Shown piece by piece: positions 24,232 to 37,398 of a DNA stretch of 64,000 nucleotides. The DNA lies in contig CATNEN010000012.1 in the NCBI GenBank assembly GCA_950097015.1, positions 3,162,001 to 3,226,000 on the forward strand, given 5' to 3'. Every line of letters begins with the position of its first letter. Positions within the stretch are counted from its first letter, which is position 1. The position numbers and the translations under genes were made by a program. The notes below the pieces were generated by a model that was not told the DNA's origin, ran no database searches, and saw only the letters and a program-made list of their open reading frames with translations. This DNA comes from Macrostomum hystrix (lineage: Eukaryota > Animalia > Platyhelminthes).

Positions 24232-26812
24232 ATGGAGATGGAGCTAGCGGCGGATGGTGAAGTCCCAGAGGAGGCAACCGTGCCCCTTACACATCTGGGA
24301 GTCGGCCTGTCGAACGACAGGGGCGGCAGCGTCCGTCGTCCTAACCGACTACTGAAGCTAGTTCGCCAGTTGCGCAAGGAAAAGTTTGGCGACAGTCCCT
24401 CCGAGAAGCTGATAAAAGAGTTCTGCACCTGCACATCGGCGCACGGATTTCACAAGGTGTTTCAGAGTGGCAGCGCGTGGCACAAGGTCGCCTGGCTCTG
24501 TATCATTATCACAGCTTTCGTTGGATTCAGCGCTCACCTGGTCTCATTGTTCAGCCGTTTCATCGAGGGCCCAGTGAACACTGAGACCAGCGTGTACAGC
24601 ACACCATTCGAGTTCCCAGATGTAACAATCTGCGCCACTAGTCACTTCAGTCGACTAAGGTACGAAGCGAATCCGCAGGTACCCAGTCTAGACAATATGA
24701 CCATCTCTGATCTTGTGGCTAGCATCAAAAGAGTTTGGGATCCAAGCAATCGACTTGACGATGGCAGTATAAATGCCGATCTACTGAACTCACTGAAGAC
24801 CTACCTGCAAGAGGTGAATGTGACAAAGCAGCGACAGGAGATGTTCATTCACTGCGACTTTGCAGGGAGCGACTGCGACTACGAGAGTTTTTCTACTTAC
24901 GTGGACCCAAACTTCTTCAGCTGCTTCACATTCTCACCGTCCGAGCGGCACCTGATTGTGGGCGGTGAGCGCGATGGCGGCTTGCGCGTCATCCTCTACG
25001 TCGGCGACACAATGAATCTACTGACGGAAGAGGAATCATTGAGCTACACGCGCGGCTTCAGAGTTGTCATCCACGAGCAAGGCACCCGGCCGGACCTGCT
25101 GGAGGGATTCTACGTGCAGGAGACCACGAGTACCTATGTGCAGCTGGGCTACACTGAGGAGACGGTGCTTCGCAACTGCAAAACTGAGGATGAGCTGGAG
25201 CCGATTCGGTTCGTTGATAGGCACGGCCACATGCGTGAGTACAGGTGAGTACGATGAAGTCATGGTTGAGATACTTGAAGTGTACCACTTTCAATAGGAA
25301 TCATATATAGTGTCCGTAGTTATTGGAGCAGTTGCAATAAATTAAATAAGTGTTATTTTGCTGCTTTTACCAGTATTTTGAATCAAAAACCGACTAAAAG
25401 TCTTGCAAAAATGTCTCAGCTTCTTCATTCTGACCTACTTGAGCCTGCATTCACTGAATTCACTTCCCTGAATTGATATAATACCGTCTATAAATAAGCT
25501 TTCTTGTTAGTGAGTATTTGTCTGAGCACACCTATTTCTCATAAGTCATCGTGGTTTAATTTTAATATCTGAAATAAAGTTTTATTCCTCAACCATCAAG
25601 GCTCTTGATAATTACTTATTCTGGTAGAGAGGGGGAGCCGGACACTGGGGAAATGCAGAAATTCATCATGTAATTTATGGGACTTCTGGACACCAAAAAT
25701 TGGATGCCGAACCCGAAGGCTAGCAAAGTTGATGGCTTCGAAATGTCGTTCCGGCCCTTCTTCAACACGAATGATGGTGATGCCTGGCTGTCACTGCTTC
25801 TCCCGTGCTCCTGTAGACTCTCAAGTACTCTCTATAAGGTACAGAAAAAGTACACTAGAACAGGGTTCTTCTGGCACAGATTGCTTCTAAAAGCATTCAT
25901 AGTGCAGGAAAGTGGTTGAAATAGATAGAGATCGGATATAGAATTACAATAACAATTTCCCCTTGATTACATTTTTGCCCAAGAGGAAACTAGTCTCCGC
26001 ATGTACGAGTAAACAAAATTTCTGAGACCGCAATTGCAAACAAACTTGGAAAACTGCTAAATTCAAAATATACTTTTGTCGAATTGTACTTTAGGTACAC
26101 ACTTCGCGACTGCCTAATGAACACATACCAGACCTTCCTGCACACCAACTGCACCTGCGTGTCAGAGACCCTGCCACTGCCAGCCTGGTTTAGCACCGGC
26201 TTTCATTACTGCCACGGCATCGATAGGGATACGCTGCTCAGCGCGACCAACGCCTCCATCGAACACGTCGGAGCCGATACCGAGGCACACAAAGCCGCAC
26301 AAAGCCGACGCAAGTGCCACGACGAAGCAGTGAAGGAGATTCACAAGCGGACATCCGGATCTGGGCACAGCTGCCCGCTGCCATGTCGCAACACTCGCTA
26401 CGAGATGCGCGTGACACAGAACCGATGGCCAAGCGACGCTGCCGAGACTAGGGAGGCGTTGATACGACGAGTCGTTGCCACAACCGATCTCGCACGAAAA
26501 CGTGGTGACGATCTCGTCACCTTAACTGAGATTCGTCGCAGCCTGGAGAATCAACCGCATGAGGCCCTGAAGTCATTTGCTCGGCTGAATATTTACAGCC
26601 ACTCTACGCGCGGCAATCGAGTGCTCGAGACCCGAGCCTATCTTGCAAGGAACCTGGCCTCAGACATTGGCGGCATTCTGGGTCTCTGGCTGGGGGTCTC
26701 CATCATCAGTACGTTTGAGTTCGTGGAACTGTTTGTTCGCCTGCTCGCTGTCAGGAGAAAAGTTGGTTCGGGAAGTTCAGACGGGACGGGTTCCAGAGAC
26801 AATCCAAACTGA
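24232..26812 (+). CDS. DEG/ENaC (amiloride-sensitive sodium channel family) subunit 1; join(24232..25244,26095..26812), 576 aa
   Basis: Pre-TM1 HG motif (TSAHGF), FPDVTIC, CFTF, Cys-rich thumb and TM2 SDIGGILGLWLGVSIIS. Junction AG|GTGAGT ... TTTAG|G in phase 2. Confidence 0.93.
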
Positions 26813-29057
26813 CAGTCAGTAGTCAAGAGCTCCTTTTTTAAATATTCATCAAAGTAATCGATGCCCTAATTCACTGTAACAAAACATCTTGACTGTCTAG
26901 TTTGTTTATTTAATTGTCGTGTCTGATCGTCTTACCATTTTTCGGGTGACATGCAGAAAGCTCTGTCAAAGGGTCCCAGAACCCCATTTAGTCTTGAATT
27001 TTCAAATCTTAGTCCTTCGATTAGGTATGCAGCAAGAACATACGAGTAGTTCGTCATCAATGCGTACATGCAGGTGTCGTATCTACTGTCTTGTGTCAAT
27101 TCAACAAAATCTTTCAGCCCATGAAATCCTAGACCCGAGATTGGTAGTGATCCGTGATCTGCATGTGGCCCCTATAGCGTTTTTACAAACGTATACAAAG
27201 ACAATGGACAAGTACTTCGGATTCTCTCATTTGTACGAACTTACATTAAGTGAAATGCTACTCGTAGAAGAATGAGACTAATCGCTAATCACTAACAAGG
27301 AAATAGAAATACGAGCTGTGTTTCCTTCAGCTGATAACCTGAAGAAGAATAGTTTTTTCGCTCGTATCTTCTGGTAAAACATATATGCAGCTCGCATACA
27401 CATTAAACATTTGCAACATCTGATTAGACATTTGCATGCCTTAGCAAATTGCCAACTTAAATGCTAACTGAGATACTTTGCTCGTAAAACCTACCGTCAG
27501 CGTGTGAATCAGCAAGGATAGATAGAGATCCTGATAAAAGGATAATTTCCGAAGCTCCTTGTCCATGTTCCATGAAGTTGCTTCATGGTAAAGACTAATG
27601 CATAGGTTTACAAGTAGAGATGGCAGGTCACCCATCTGTCTGTTTGTCTATCAGAAAAACGTTGTTTGTTATTCATGCACGCCGTGCTGGGTGTTTTTTC
27701 CCGCCGGGGATAAAAATGAGATGCAATACCAGCGTGACAAATCACATCACATCGGCTGGCCTCACGAATTCGAGGTAGCTCAGTCGACTGTAATATTCGC
27801 ATATAAAATGGATGAAAATAGTTGCCCAGGGGAAAATTCAACGCTTGGCCCAGATTTTCCAAAACTTATCGTTTTATCCTTCTTATGCACGCTTCGGCTC
27901 GCGACCAGGACTGGGCAGAGTTCTAAATCCGAGTCGCTTGAATCGGAGAACGGACTCGGAATGGAGATTCAGCGCGCTCTGAGCAGAGAGCTAGTCGCCC
28001 CAAAGCACCCCGGTGAATTTGGAGACTGGAGTTCTTGGGTGGCAAAGAGAAAGAATATTTTTGCTGGCGAAAAAAATCTGCAACCCGGCCGGCAATAACT
28101 TGATTGACTTCGCCTTCTGGTCTGATTGATGCCAGCCGCGACAAATTTGGGGGAAGCAGTCCGCGTCTGTGACCCCGATGGAAATCTACTTTCGTCTGTA
28201 GAAAACGAAAAGTCTGGAGAATCGGCGTATCAGGATTAAAAAATGAAGCTAGAGCATCTTGAAGTTATTTTTTTCTTTCAATTTAGGCCCTATAAAGTCT
28301 ATTTATGCAGAAGTAAAATAGATGCGAGCGTTGCACGTGTTACGAGACATCCCATCCGACTGGGTTAGCAGTAATGCTTCTACTCGTGTTCTGCTCCCCT
28401 TTCAATGAATCCTTACCCCCATCAGGAGTGGGGCATGGAGCTCTGAATCTAGAAACTGGAGGTTCCAGTGATGCACTACTTGGAGAAGAACACTGATAAC
28501 TTCCGTATCGCGCAACATCTTTTCAAAAAGTTTCTTTCAATAGAAAGCTGAATAAGTTCTCGACATTTTTATTGAAGCTTGTGTGTCGACCTGTTTTAAC
28601 GAATGAGCTGTGCTTAAATAAAGTTTAAGGAAGTCAGAAATTGTCACTTATGAGTAGCAGTGCACGGCCTTCAAAGTTGTAATGTATAAATCTTTCTGTA
28701 TGGGGTTAATTGCTCCTACCTGATTCTCCTATTGGCCGACATCAGTTGTTAGCAGAAATTTGTCCCTACGCATAGTCATCTGTCGTAGGCTCCCTGTCTC
28801 TGCTAGATTCTTCTATGCAGGACCAATATTGCGTCGCTTCTGCAGCTGCATTAGCGCAAATATTCTATACGTCGTGCATTATTTATTTCTCTAGCGTTTG
28901 AGAGCGGTCGCAAGTTTCTAATGCACATCTTAGCTTATAAATAATTGATTCTCAGTCCTCATTTCGAAGGCAAGTCGGAGATTCTGGGGTTATATATGCT
29001 TGATTTAGAAGTACTGAACTCCCGAAAAATCCAGAGTAGCAGGAGAGTAGCTTTCAA

Positions 29058-29746
29058 ATGGACGCCACGGAACGCGCCGTCGCCTGGGAAGCTGAAGTGA
29101 GCGACGATGAAGCAGAGGAGGCCGCTGAGCTGACTGAGCTGCTGACAATGTTCGATTCTCGCGGCTACTCAACCATCGAGTGCAGTCAGCTAGGCACGGT
29201 GCTGCGTGCTCTGGGCCACCTGCCCACTGAGGAGGAGGTGAGGCAGTGACGCAGTACGTTTTAGTACATTAAAGAGCTTCTGCCGCAGAGCATACATTGC
29301 AATTATTTGGCTAGAAAGTAAACCACGTATAACGAGCATGCAGTTGTATTGTTGATAACTAAAATGCCACCTATTCTCAACTGACGCCAACCCAATAGCT
29401 GGTGAGAATTATCGCATCCTCGCCCACCGATCGCCTTGGAATGCTCAGCTTTGCCACAGTCCGCTCCATCGTGAGGCATCAGTCGCAGCAGCGCCGCCGC
29501 AGACAGGGTCTGGGGAGAGCGAGCAGCCTTGAGGATCTGGCAGAGACGCTCGGCTCTCTAGAGACTAGTTGCCGTGGCAACCAGGTAAGCAAGACAGTTA
29601 GTCTGCGCCACCTGCGAGGGCTGCTGACAACCCAGGGCGAGGCTCTGTCAGACGAGGAGATGCGAGACCTGCTGCGGCTGTTCCCAGCTGATGGCAATGA
29701 CGAAGTTAGCTGCAGTCAGCTAGCTAAGTTCATGTGTGATCTTTAA
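29058..29746 (+). CDS. Myosin essential light chain / calmodulin-like EF-hand protein; join(29058..29237,29399..29746), 175 aa
   Basis: LGTVLRALGHLPTEEE and LRGLLTTQGEALSDEEM motifs are typical of myosin light chains. Donor GTGAGG, branch CTGAC, acceptor AATAG, phase 0; AATAAA near 29823. Confidence 0.85.
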
Positions 29747-30012
29747 TCAACTGTACAGCCGCTTCGCTCCAGACTCGATGCTTTCACGGATGAACGATTC
29801 AAGCAGTGCAATCTTTTCTTTCAATAAATTCGCTTTGCTGTTGACGAGTCAATAATAATATTATAATAATTGCGCAAGGGCTGTGGGCTCTCGAACATCA
29901 TTTGATGATTGTTGACCCAGCCAGCGAGACGTAAATCTGTCCATTGTGGTTGATCATTGCTCAGCTTAAACCAGAACGGCTCTTACCTTCGAAAATTGGA
30001 TCAAATATTTAA

Positions 30013-30583
30013 CAGTAGAAAAAACCACGCTATTCTCCTCGGGGGTATTTCAAATACCCACTGCTTACTCCACAATGGCTCCCAAACCGAGTGACCGATT
30101 TTCGTGAAAGTCCACCAGATGGATCAAAACCTTCCGCCCATTACGATGAACTAACTTTCAAAGCCGTCCGATGTCAGCATCGTCGAGATATTCAGCGATC
30201 CTTGTCGAAGACCCTGGTAACAAGAACTAGTAACATTGCTCTGTATAAACATCTATGGCGAATCCCTATTGGTTCAAAATGAAAAGAAATTTACAATCTA
30301 ATCATTCCAAAATAGTTAAGAATGATAGCCGACGACATGCTTACGCGATGAAACTTTGTGAGCAGAAAAATATGCCTAAATTTGTGGTTCTAGCCAAAGA
30401 CACTCTGATGAGAATCTTTGAATATCTCGACGATGTCGATGTTTTGTGATTCTAGAAGTTGTTTCATCGATAGAGCGGAGAATTTTAGCCCGTGTTCTGG
30501 ATTTTCATGGCGATAGGTTCAATATTTTTTCAGATACCGAAAAAAATGTTGGCGATTGAAATAGCCCCGTTGTCTTTCTACTG
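30013..30583. mobile_element. MITE (non-autonomous DNA transposon), 571 bp, TIR CAGTAGAAA...TTTCTACTG flanked by TTAA on both sides
   Basis: Perfect 15-bp inverted match 30007-30021/30575-30589 including the TTAA. Two related copies occur elsewhere in the window. Confidence 0.75.
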
Positions 30584-31760
30584 TTAAATGAAGGCACAAA
30601 TTAGACTACTGGTAGTAGACTCAAACGATTTACTTTCCCCCAAAATGTAGTTTTTAAGCGCAGCCCTGCCACGGAGTGCAGCGGGCGGCTTTTATTTGAA
30701 TGACGCCAGGCGGCCGGCTGCTGAAGGGCAACCGCCTCACTGCTCGCCATCGCGAACTGACTTCCACTTTACTATTATACTAATACGTCCACCCCGTCAC
30801 CGAACGCAAAATTTGTTTTTGCAGAAAATCGCAATGTCTGAAAGGGTTTTGCTCATAAGATTTTCCTGACATACCTCTTTAGCGGGGCTTCAAAAAAACT
30901 ACAATCCTTGCCGACTTCTACACAACGAGTTAGTACACTTGGCAATAGCACTCACTGACAACAGCAGTTAGATTCGCGTTTTAGTTTTAAAAGCGTTGCA
31001 TGCCTCGCGAGGAAAAGCAGGGAAGGTGGGTTTGGGGCAACAGTCTTAGTCCTTGGCTTCCCAGTCACCAGGGTGGGGGGCATGGCAACAGTGTGTGAGA
31101 CAAGATTAAAAATTCATCAGAAAATATTTTTTAAAGAAAAAAATAATAGCGGCGGCAGAGTAGACAGAATCTATAGTCACGCTGTTTCTAGGGACAGCTC
31201 TCATTGGCATGCTTTGACAGCTTGGAGAGGAAATAATAGGCATATATAGGTTAATGAATTTGATTGCGACTCGTACGTAAGTTGCTTGGGACGCTAATAC
31301 TGTAGGATGCGGTGACAGCCAGCTGTTCTGGCAGGTAAATATTGCTTTGCAGTGCAGCGTAAAGGAAACTTTCAGGAAATTCGCAACCCAAAGGAAATCT
31401 GTAAAATGGTTTTATAGCAATAGTGTCATATTTTCGATAAACGAAACGAGCAGTTGATGCAGTTGGACAGAACCTAGTCAGCTATTGCCAAGAGCTTAGC
31501 ACAACCAGCTTCATTGAAGCCCCCAGGTAGTATGTTCGTCAAACACAATGCGGAAGTTTTCACAATAAAAGTTCAATATGTGTTTTCACACGATTAACAC
31601 GTACAAACAAATACTCAAGAGTGATACCTAGGAAATTAAAACAACAATAGGAACAGATAATAGGAAAAAACTGGACCGATACACCAAATTCAGCACTTTG
31701 CTTTCCTATTTCAACCGTTCGTCTCTTTTGCAGAAAGCTAAAATGAGCAGCCTTTTCAGC

Positions 31761-34522
31761 CTACTCTGTGCCACCGTATGTCTTCTGCTTCTCCAGCTGC
31801 GAGCCGGCCTTGCGCTTGCGTCGTCTGAAAGTTTTCGTTTGTTTAAATTGATTGCGAATCGGTCGATGCCAATGCTTTGAGGATATCAAAACCTTTACTT
31901 TCTGACGCATCACACTGGCGACAGTCGAGCACACACACTCGCGACAATACATCGAGTCTTGGAAACAACTGATGAATTCAAAACTGCCCAACTTCGGGGG
32001 TCGACCGTTACTACTGAAATGTCACAACATGCTGCCGAAATCATGATGTTTCTTTTTGCAGGATGACAATACTCCATGGAGTGGTAGTGTTTCTTAAGTT
32101 ATTTTCCAACTAAATAAACACTATTTTATTGTTCTAAACGGAAGAAGCCCAAACAGAACTATGAACAGCTGAACCAACGTACAGGCCAACGGACATGTTC
32201 GGCTCAAAATAGGATTACGCGAGCCTTCATTTTGCATGGCTTAGACAATTCATGCATAGTTAAGGGCATTGCCAAGGCAAACATTAAGGAGAAAAGACAT
32301 TGACATTGCAGCACAGCAGTTTTGCAGCGCTGCTGGTTGGAAAGCGGAGGATAGCGTCCCGCGGAGAAATATCGATCCGATTGATCCTTTCCCAAGCTTA
32401 AGACTGATCCTCCGTCTCTATTCTATTGTGTCTCTGCCATAGCCACAATGAGTGCCCCAGCGAAGCAACAGTTTTGAAACGGATGGCTCAAATTCAGAGC
32501 TATTGGATGGGACATTGTGAATATTATTACGCGGTGACAGCAGATGGATCGTCTTTAGTGGTAGGGGTTGTGGTCCTATAATGATCAATAAGTCTCTTTA
32601 GGTATCCGAAGATGCCTAACAATTATTTTGGCCCCAAAGACCTCAAATATGATTTTGACGAAGGACCTCAGAGGAAGTTCCTGTCCTAAGGACGTCGAAA
32701 AGAGTTCAGGCCTAAGGACCTCGAAGATCACAAACGACAACCCTGAGAGCATCTCCCACAAACAACCCTGAGGGTATCTCCCACAAACAACCCTGAGGGT
32801 ATCTCCCACAAACAACTCTGAGAGCATCTCACGCAAACAACCCTGAGGTTATCTCCCACAAACAACCCTGAGCGTATATCCCACAAATAACTCTGAGGTT
32901 ATCTCCCACAAACAACCCTGAGGGTATCTCCCGCAAACAACCCTGAGGTTATCTCCCACAAACAATTCTGAGAGAATCTCACGCAAACAACCCTGAGGTT
33001 ATCTCCCACAAACAACCCTGAGGGTATCTCCCACAAACAACCCTGAGGGTATCTCACGCAAACAACCCTGAGGGTATCTCCCACAAACAACCCTGAGGGT
33101 ATCTCACGCAAACAACCCTGAGGGTATCTCCCACAAACAACCCTGAGGGTATCTCCCACAAACAACCCTGAGGTTATCTCCCACAAACAACTCTGAGAGA
33201 ATCTCACGCAAACAACCCTGAGGTTATCTCCCACAAACAACCCTGAGGGTATCTCCCACAAACAACCCTGAGGTTATCTCCCACAAACAACTCTGAGTTT
33301 ATCTCCCACAAAAAACTCTGAGAGAATCACAAACGACAACCCTGAGAGCATCAAGTGCGGCTTCCTTCAAGTGTCCCCCTCACCGGAGGTGGACGAGCAC
33401 GCCGATGACGGAGCCGACAGCCACCAAGCAGGCGACGCCAACGCCAACACCGATGCCGATCATGGCGGAGGTACCGAGGGCAGCGCCACCGCTGGCTGAA
33501 CCGCTGTTTCCTCCGCTCTGCTTCACTGGAGCCGCCTGCTGTGCCGCCTGCGCGTGCATCTCGTGATCAACAGCGGTGGCTGTTGCTGCCTTTTTCTTCT
33601 TGTCCTTTTCGTCCTTCTCTTCTTTTTTCTCCTTCTTCTCTTTTTTGTCCTTTTTCCTGCATTTTTTTATCAGATTGTCTTGGTCGAATCAGGAGATAAA
33701 GTATATCTACCTTTACAACTACATAAATTATGAAGTCCTTACGGCTTGTCAAGAAAATTTGTCAGAGAAGACACGATTGACACGGTTTTTTGACATAATT
33801 GTCAGAAGTTAAGCAATAAATGTAACTGTAAAAAGTTAATGTTAATCGGTACAGTTTTTGCAATCAAATGAAAAATAGAAATCTTCAGAACCAGCATCGG
33901 TTCTGAAATTCCAGGAAGTAAAGCAGTATAGCAATTCAGTTCTTATCCGTGTCTTGTAATTCAGGTATGTAATCGATACCTGAATGGTTGGTTTTAAGCC
34001 CTCTAATTAATTGCGGTCAGTATTTACTTTCGTTGTTGTTCGTGTTTTATCATTCTAAGCGCTGAAAAGTTATACTGCTTTACTTCTTGGAATTGCAGAA
34101 CTGATTCTGGTTCTGGAATCGGCAATATGAAAAGGCTCAGCGTGTCATCATCGATTTAATTTTTCACTTACTTTCCACTAGCCGCAGCTTTTGGGGCGTC
34201 TTTCGCCTTGTCCTTCGCCGGCGCCGCGGTCGGATTGGCGGCTGCCGCGGTCGGATTGGCGGCGGCCGGAGTGGGAGAAATTCCCAAATCTGCCAGCCGC
34301 TTCTCCTCCTTGTCCTTTTCCATCAGCTCGCGCAGTGTCGGTTCAGCCTGAGCTGTACTCAGGTAGTCAAACGCAACTGCTCAAATAATTAGACAGGAAG
34401 CGACACAAAGCTGTCAATTAATTTTCTCCCGAGAAAGCCTGAGAATCACAAAATACGTGAAAAGAGGGTCACTCACCCAGCAGCAGCAGCGCGGCTGCCA
34501 GAATTTTAAACTGACAGGCCAT
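31761..34522 (-). CDS. Orphan type-I membrane protein A (signal peptide, Ala/Pro- and Lys/Glu/Asp-rich ectodomain, TM, short basic tail); join(34522..34477,34376..34172,33656..33384,31824..31761), 195 aa
   Basis: Four GC-rich exons with canonical GT-AG sites and matching phases (1,2,2), total 588 nt. Product: MACQFKILAAALLLLVAFDYLSTAQAEPTLRELMEK...KKDKKEKKEKKEKKDEKDKKKK...MIGIGVGVGVACLVAVGSVIGVLVHLRRRKRKAGSQLEKQKTYGGTE. An in-frame TGA directly after VHLR would give a shorter form if the last intron is unspliced. Confidence 0.75.
32735..33345. repeat. 25-bp minisatellite (AACAACCCTGAGGGTATCTCCCACA)n in the last intron of gene A
   Basis: 25-nt period. Confidence 0.95.
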
Positions 34523-35769
34523 CTGACGTCCAACGTTGTCCTATCTGCCGTCAATTTGGCCTCGAAGGGGAGATTACAAGGAGGCTGGAGAGCACTGGGT
34601 CCGCTGGATGGAGCCGATCGTGATCTTCTCTCTCGCTGTCTCTCCCTAATCAACGTCTCAATGTAATGTCGGCTGCTCAAACGTTGTCTCGCTCCATTCT
34701 AGCCACGAAAAAAATGTGGGGCTTGAAGAACTGCCCCGCCGGAGTCGCTCTCCTCAGCTCCCCGACTCGGACAGCGGTGCGAGTGACGGGTGGAGGCGGA
34801 CCCGGGGAGCGGCAGCCGCTGTTGGCTACCCATTGGGCATGAATTCGCTTCCCCACTCCACGGTTGCGCTTCGCTCTCGCACCTCACTGCATCCTTACTT
34901 TACCTACCAGCAGGAAATCAAGAATGACTAGGACAGCCCTCCCGTCCACCCTGTTTCCAAGCGCTATACTAAGCAATACTTTTAAATCGACCCGAGCATA
35001 TACCCAGAGAGAGAAGCCGTGCGAGCGAATTGTGCGCCGTAGTGCATCGTTCGGTGCTTCGTCAGCTAACTCTCCCAATCCCACTCTACCAAAAACAGAC
35101 AATCGATATTGGACGAGTGGGGCAAGTTTTCAGCTGCAGACCTCTGGCCGCAGAGCTGCTCTAGTGGCGGAGCTGGCGGTAGTCTGGCAGGAGGCTAGCT
35201 TGCCGGTGTTGTTCTGGTGGGTGGTGGCTTCGGCCGTGAAGCAGCTGAAAACTGCTGGCTAACGCAGCTCCTGTGCAGCTCTATCGAGTCCCCTTCCCTC
35301 TGTTGCCGTTTCTCCCTCCCTACTCTGCCATAGCCCTAACAACGACGGAATCAGCTCAGACTTTTGGAGCTTAAATTGCGGAGAGAGCGAGAAGGAAGGC
35401 TGGGAGCAAGCAATGCAATGCAGATTTTCAATGCAACCATGTGGCTCGCTTGTGGAGCCTCTGGTATTTGGACCGAATACCAATAGTCATGAAGACAGTA
35501 ATAACTGGCTTTCTTGTGCTAGAGCAACTACGAGCGTAGAATACTGTCCCAAACTTCTGTGTCCGAGCACTTTTCCCTTGGCTCAGCAGTTTTGAAAAAT
35601 TAAAATCCAAGATATCGGGATCTACATCCCACATAGCTGGGAATATGCCTCATTACGAGAGAAAAAGCTGATGCTCCTTCTTCTCATTGGAAACTCAATG
35701 TTTTTCACTCCTCTAGTCACAAAATCCTCCAACAAGATCGCGTTCTTCTACCCTCAACATTCTCTGGCA

Positions 35770-36775
35770 TCAATGCGTCCTGCCATCAACATCCTCCGAC
35801 ATCAATGCATCATGCCCTTAACATCCTCCGACATCAATGCATCATGCCCTTAACATCCTCCGACATCAATGCATCATGCCCTTAACATCCTCCGACATCA
35901 ATGCATCATGCCCTTAACATCCTCCGACATCAATGCATCATTCCCTTAACATCCTCCGACATCAATGCATCATTCCCTTAACATCCTCCGACATCAATGC
36001 ATCATGCCCTTAACATCCTCCGACATCAATGCATCATGCCCTTAACATCCTCCGACATCAATGCATCATTCCCTTAACATCCTCCGACATCAATGCATCA
36101 TTCCCTTAACATCCTCCGACATCAATGCATCATGCCCTTAACATCCTCCGACATCAATGCATCATGCCATCAACATCCTCCGACATCAATGCATCATGCC
36201 CTTAACATCCTCCGACATCAATGCATCATTCCCTTAACATCCTCCGACATCAATGCATCATGCCCTTAACATCCTCCGACATCAATGCATCATTCCCTTA
36301 ACATCCTCCGACATCAATGCATCATTCCCTTAACATCCTCCGACATCAATGCATCATGCCCTTAACATCCTCCGACATCAATGCATCATGCCCTTAACAT
36401 CCTCCGACATCAATGCATCATTCCCTTAACATCCTCCGACATCAATGCATCATTCCCTTAACATCCTCCGACATCAATGCATCATGCCCTTAACATCCTC
36501 CGACATCAATGCATCATGCCCTTAACATCCTCCGAAATCAATGCATCATGCCCTTAACATCCTCCGAAATCAATGCATCATTCCCTTAACATCCTCCGAC
36601 ATCAATGCATCATGCCCTTAACATCCTCCGACATCAATGCATCATGCCCTTAACATCCTCCGACATCAATGCATCATGCCATCAACATCCTCCGACATCA
36701 ATGCATCATGCCATCAACATCCTCCGACATCAATGAGTCCTGCCATCAACATCCTCCGACATCAATGAGTCCTTC
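35770..36775. repeat. 32-bp minisatellite (AACATCCTCCGACATCAATGCATCATGCCCTT)n
   Basis: 32-nt period, about 31 copies. Confidence 0.96.
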
Positions 36776-37398
36776 TGCCCACTTATTCCTGGTAATCTAG
36801 CATTCAAAGAAGATCATCACAGTATTACAATAGTGAATTCGCGCCACTTAGTAATATATTTGGAGAGATAACACAGCTTGTTTATTTTCTTGTTTTCATT
36901 ATATTATTGCCTGAAATAAAAGAGCATTCATTAAGTTTGATGAGTACTGTGGACATGTCTAGGATTAGTATTTTGTTGAAGCGAAACTCCAAAGGTCGCT
37001 TGACGCGAGCCTTAAGGACATTATCAGCAGCAGCTGACTGGCTCGGCCTCAATCGTGATAGGCCTGCATTCCACCGTAGGTGCTCTTCTCCGATGCCGGC
37101 TCGGCTGACAGCAGTGGATCGATCCGCTTATACTGGTTTCTGAATGACAACGTGGAGTGGGGCAGCTAATGGCGACTCAATAGCAGCTAGTAAGTAAAAT
37201 ATAATATATAATATGCTACGACAACCATCAAGCTGTAAAGAGCAGCATTTGCTGAAAAGAATACGCTGGTAGAAGAAATTTTCGCTGCACAACACTCAAG
37301 TGTCTACTAAAAGTAGTCTGAAGTAAATTTTTAGGAGAATAATCTGCGTTAGAGTGCTGAGACTCCACGTATGAAAATTCAGCTGTTTATGAGAAGAT

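Noticed and set aside
31698-31880. + strand ORF with a signal-peptide look (MSSLFSLLCATVCLLLL...)
   Set aside because: It is the antisense shadow of the last exon of gene A (31824..31761), which has an in-phase acceptor and a sensible juxtamembrane sequence.
34414-34680. - strand ORF containing CNLPF as a second FN2-like protein
   Set aside because: It lacks the remaining FN2 residues; a different frame of this region gives the signal-peptide exon of gene A.
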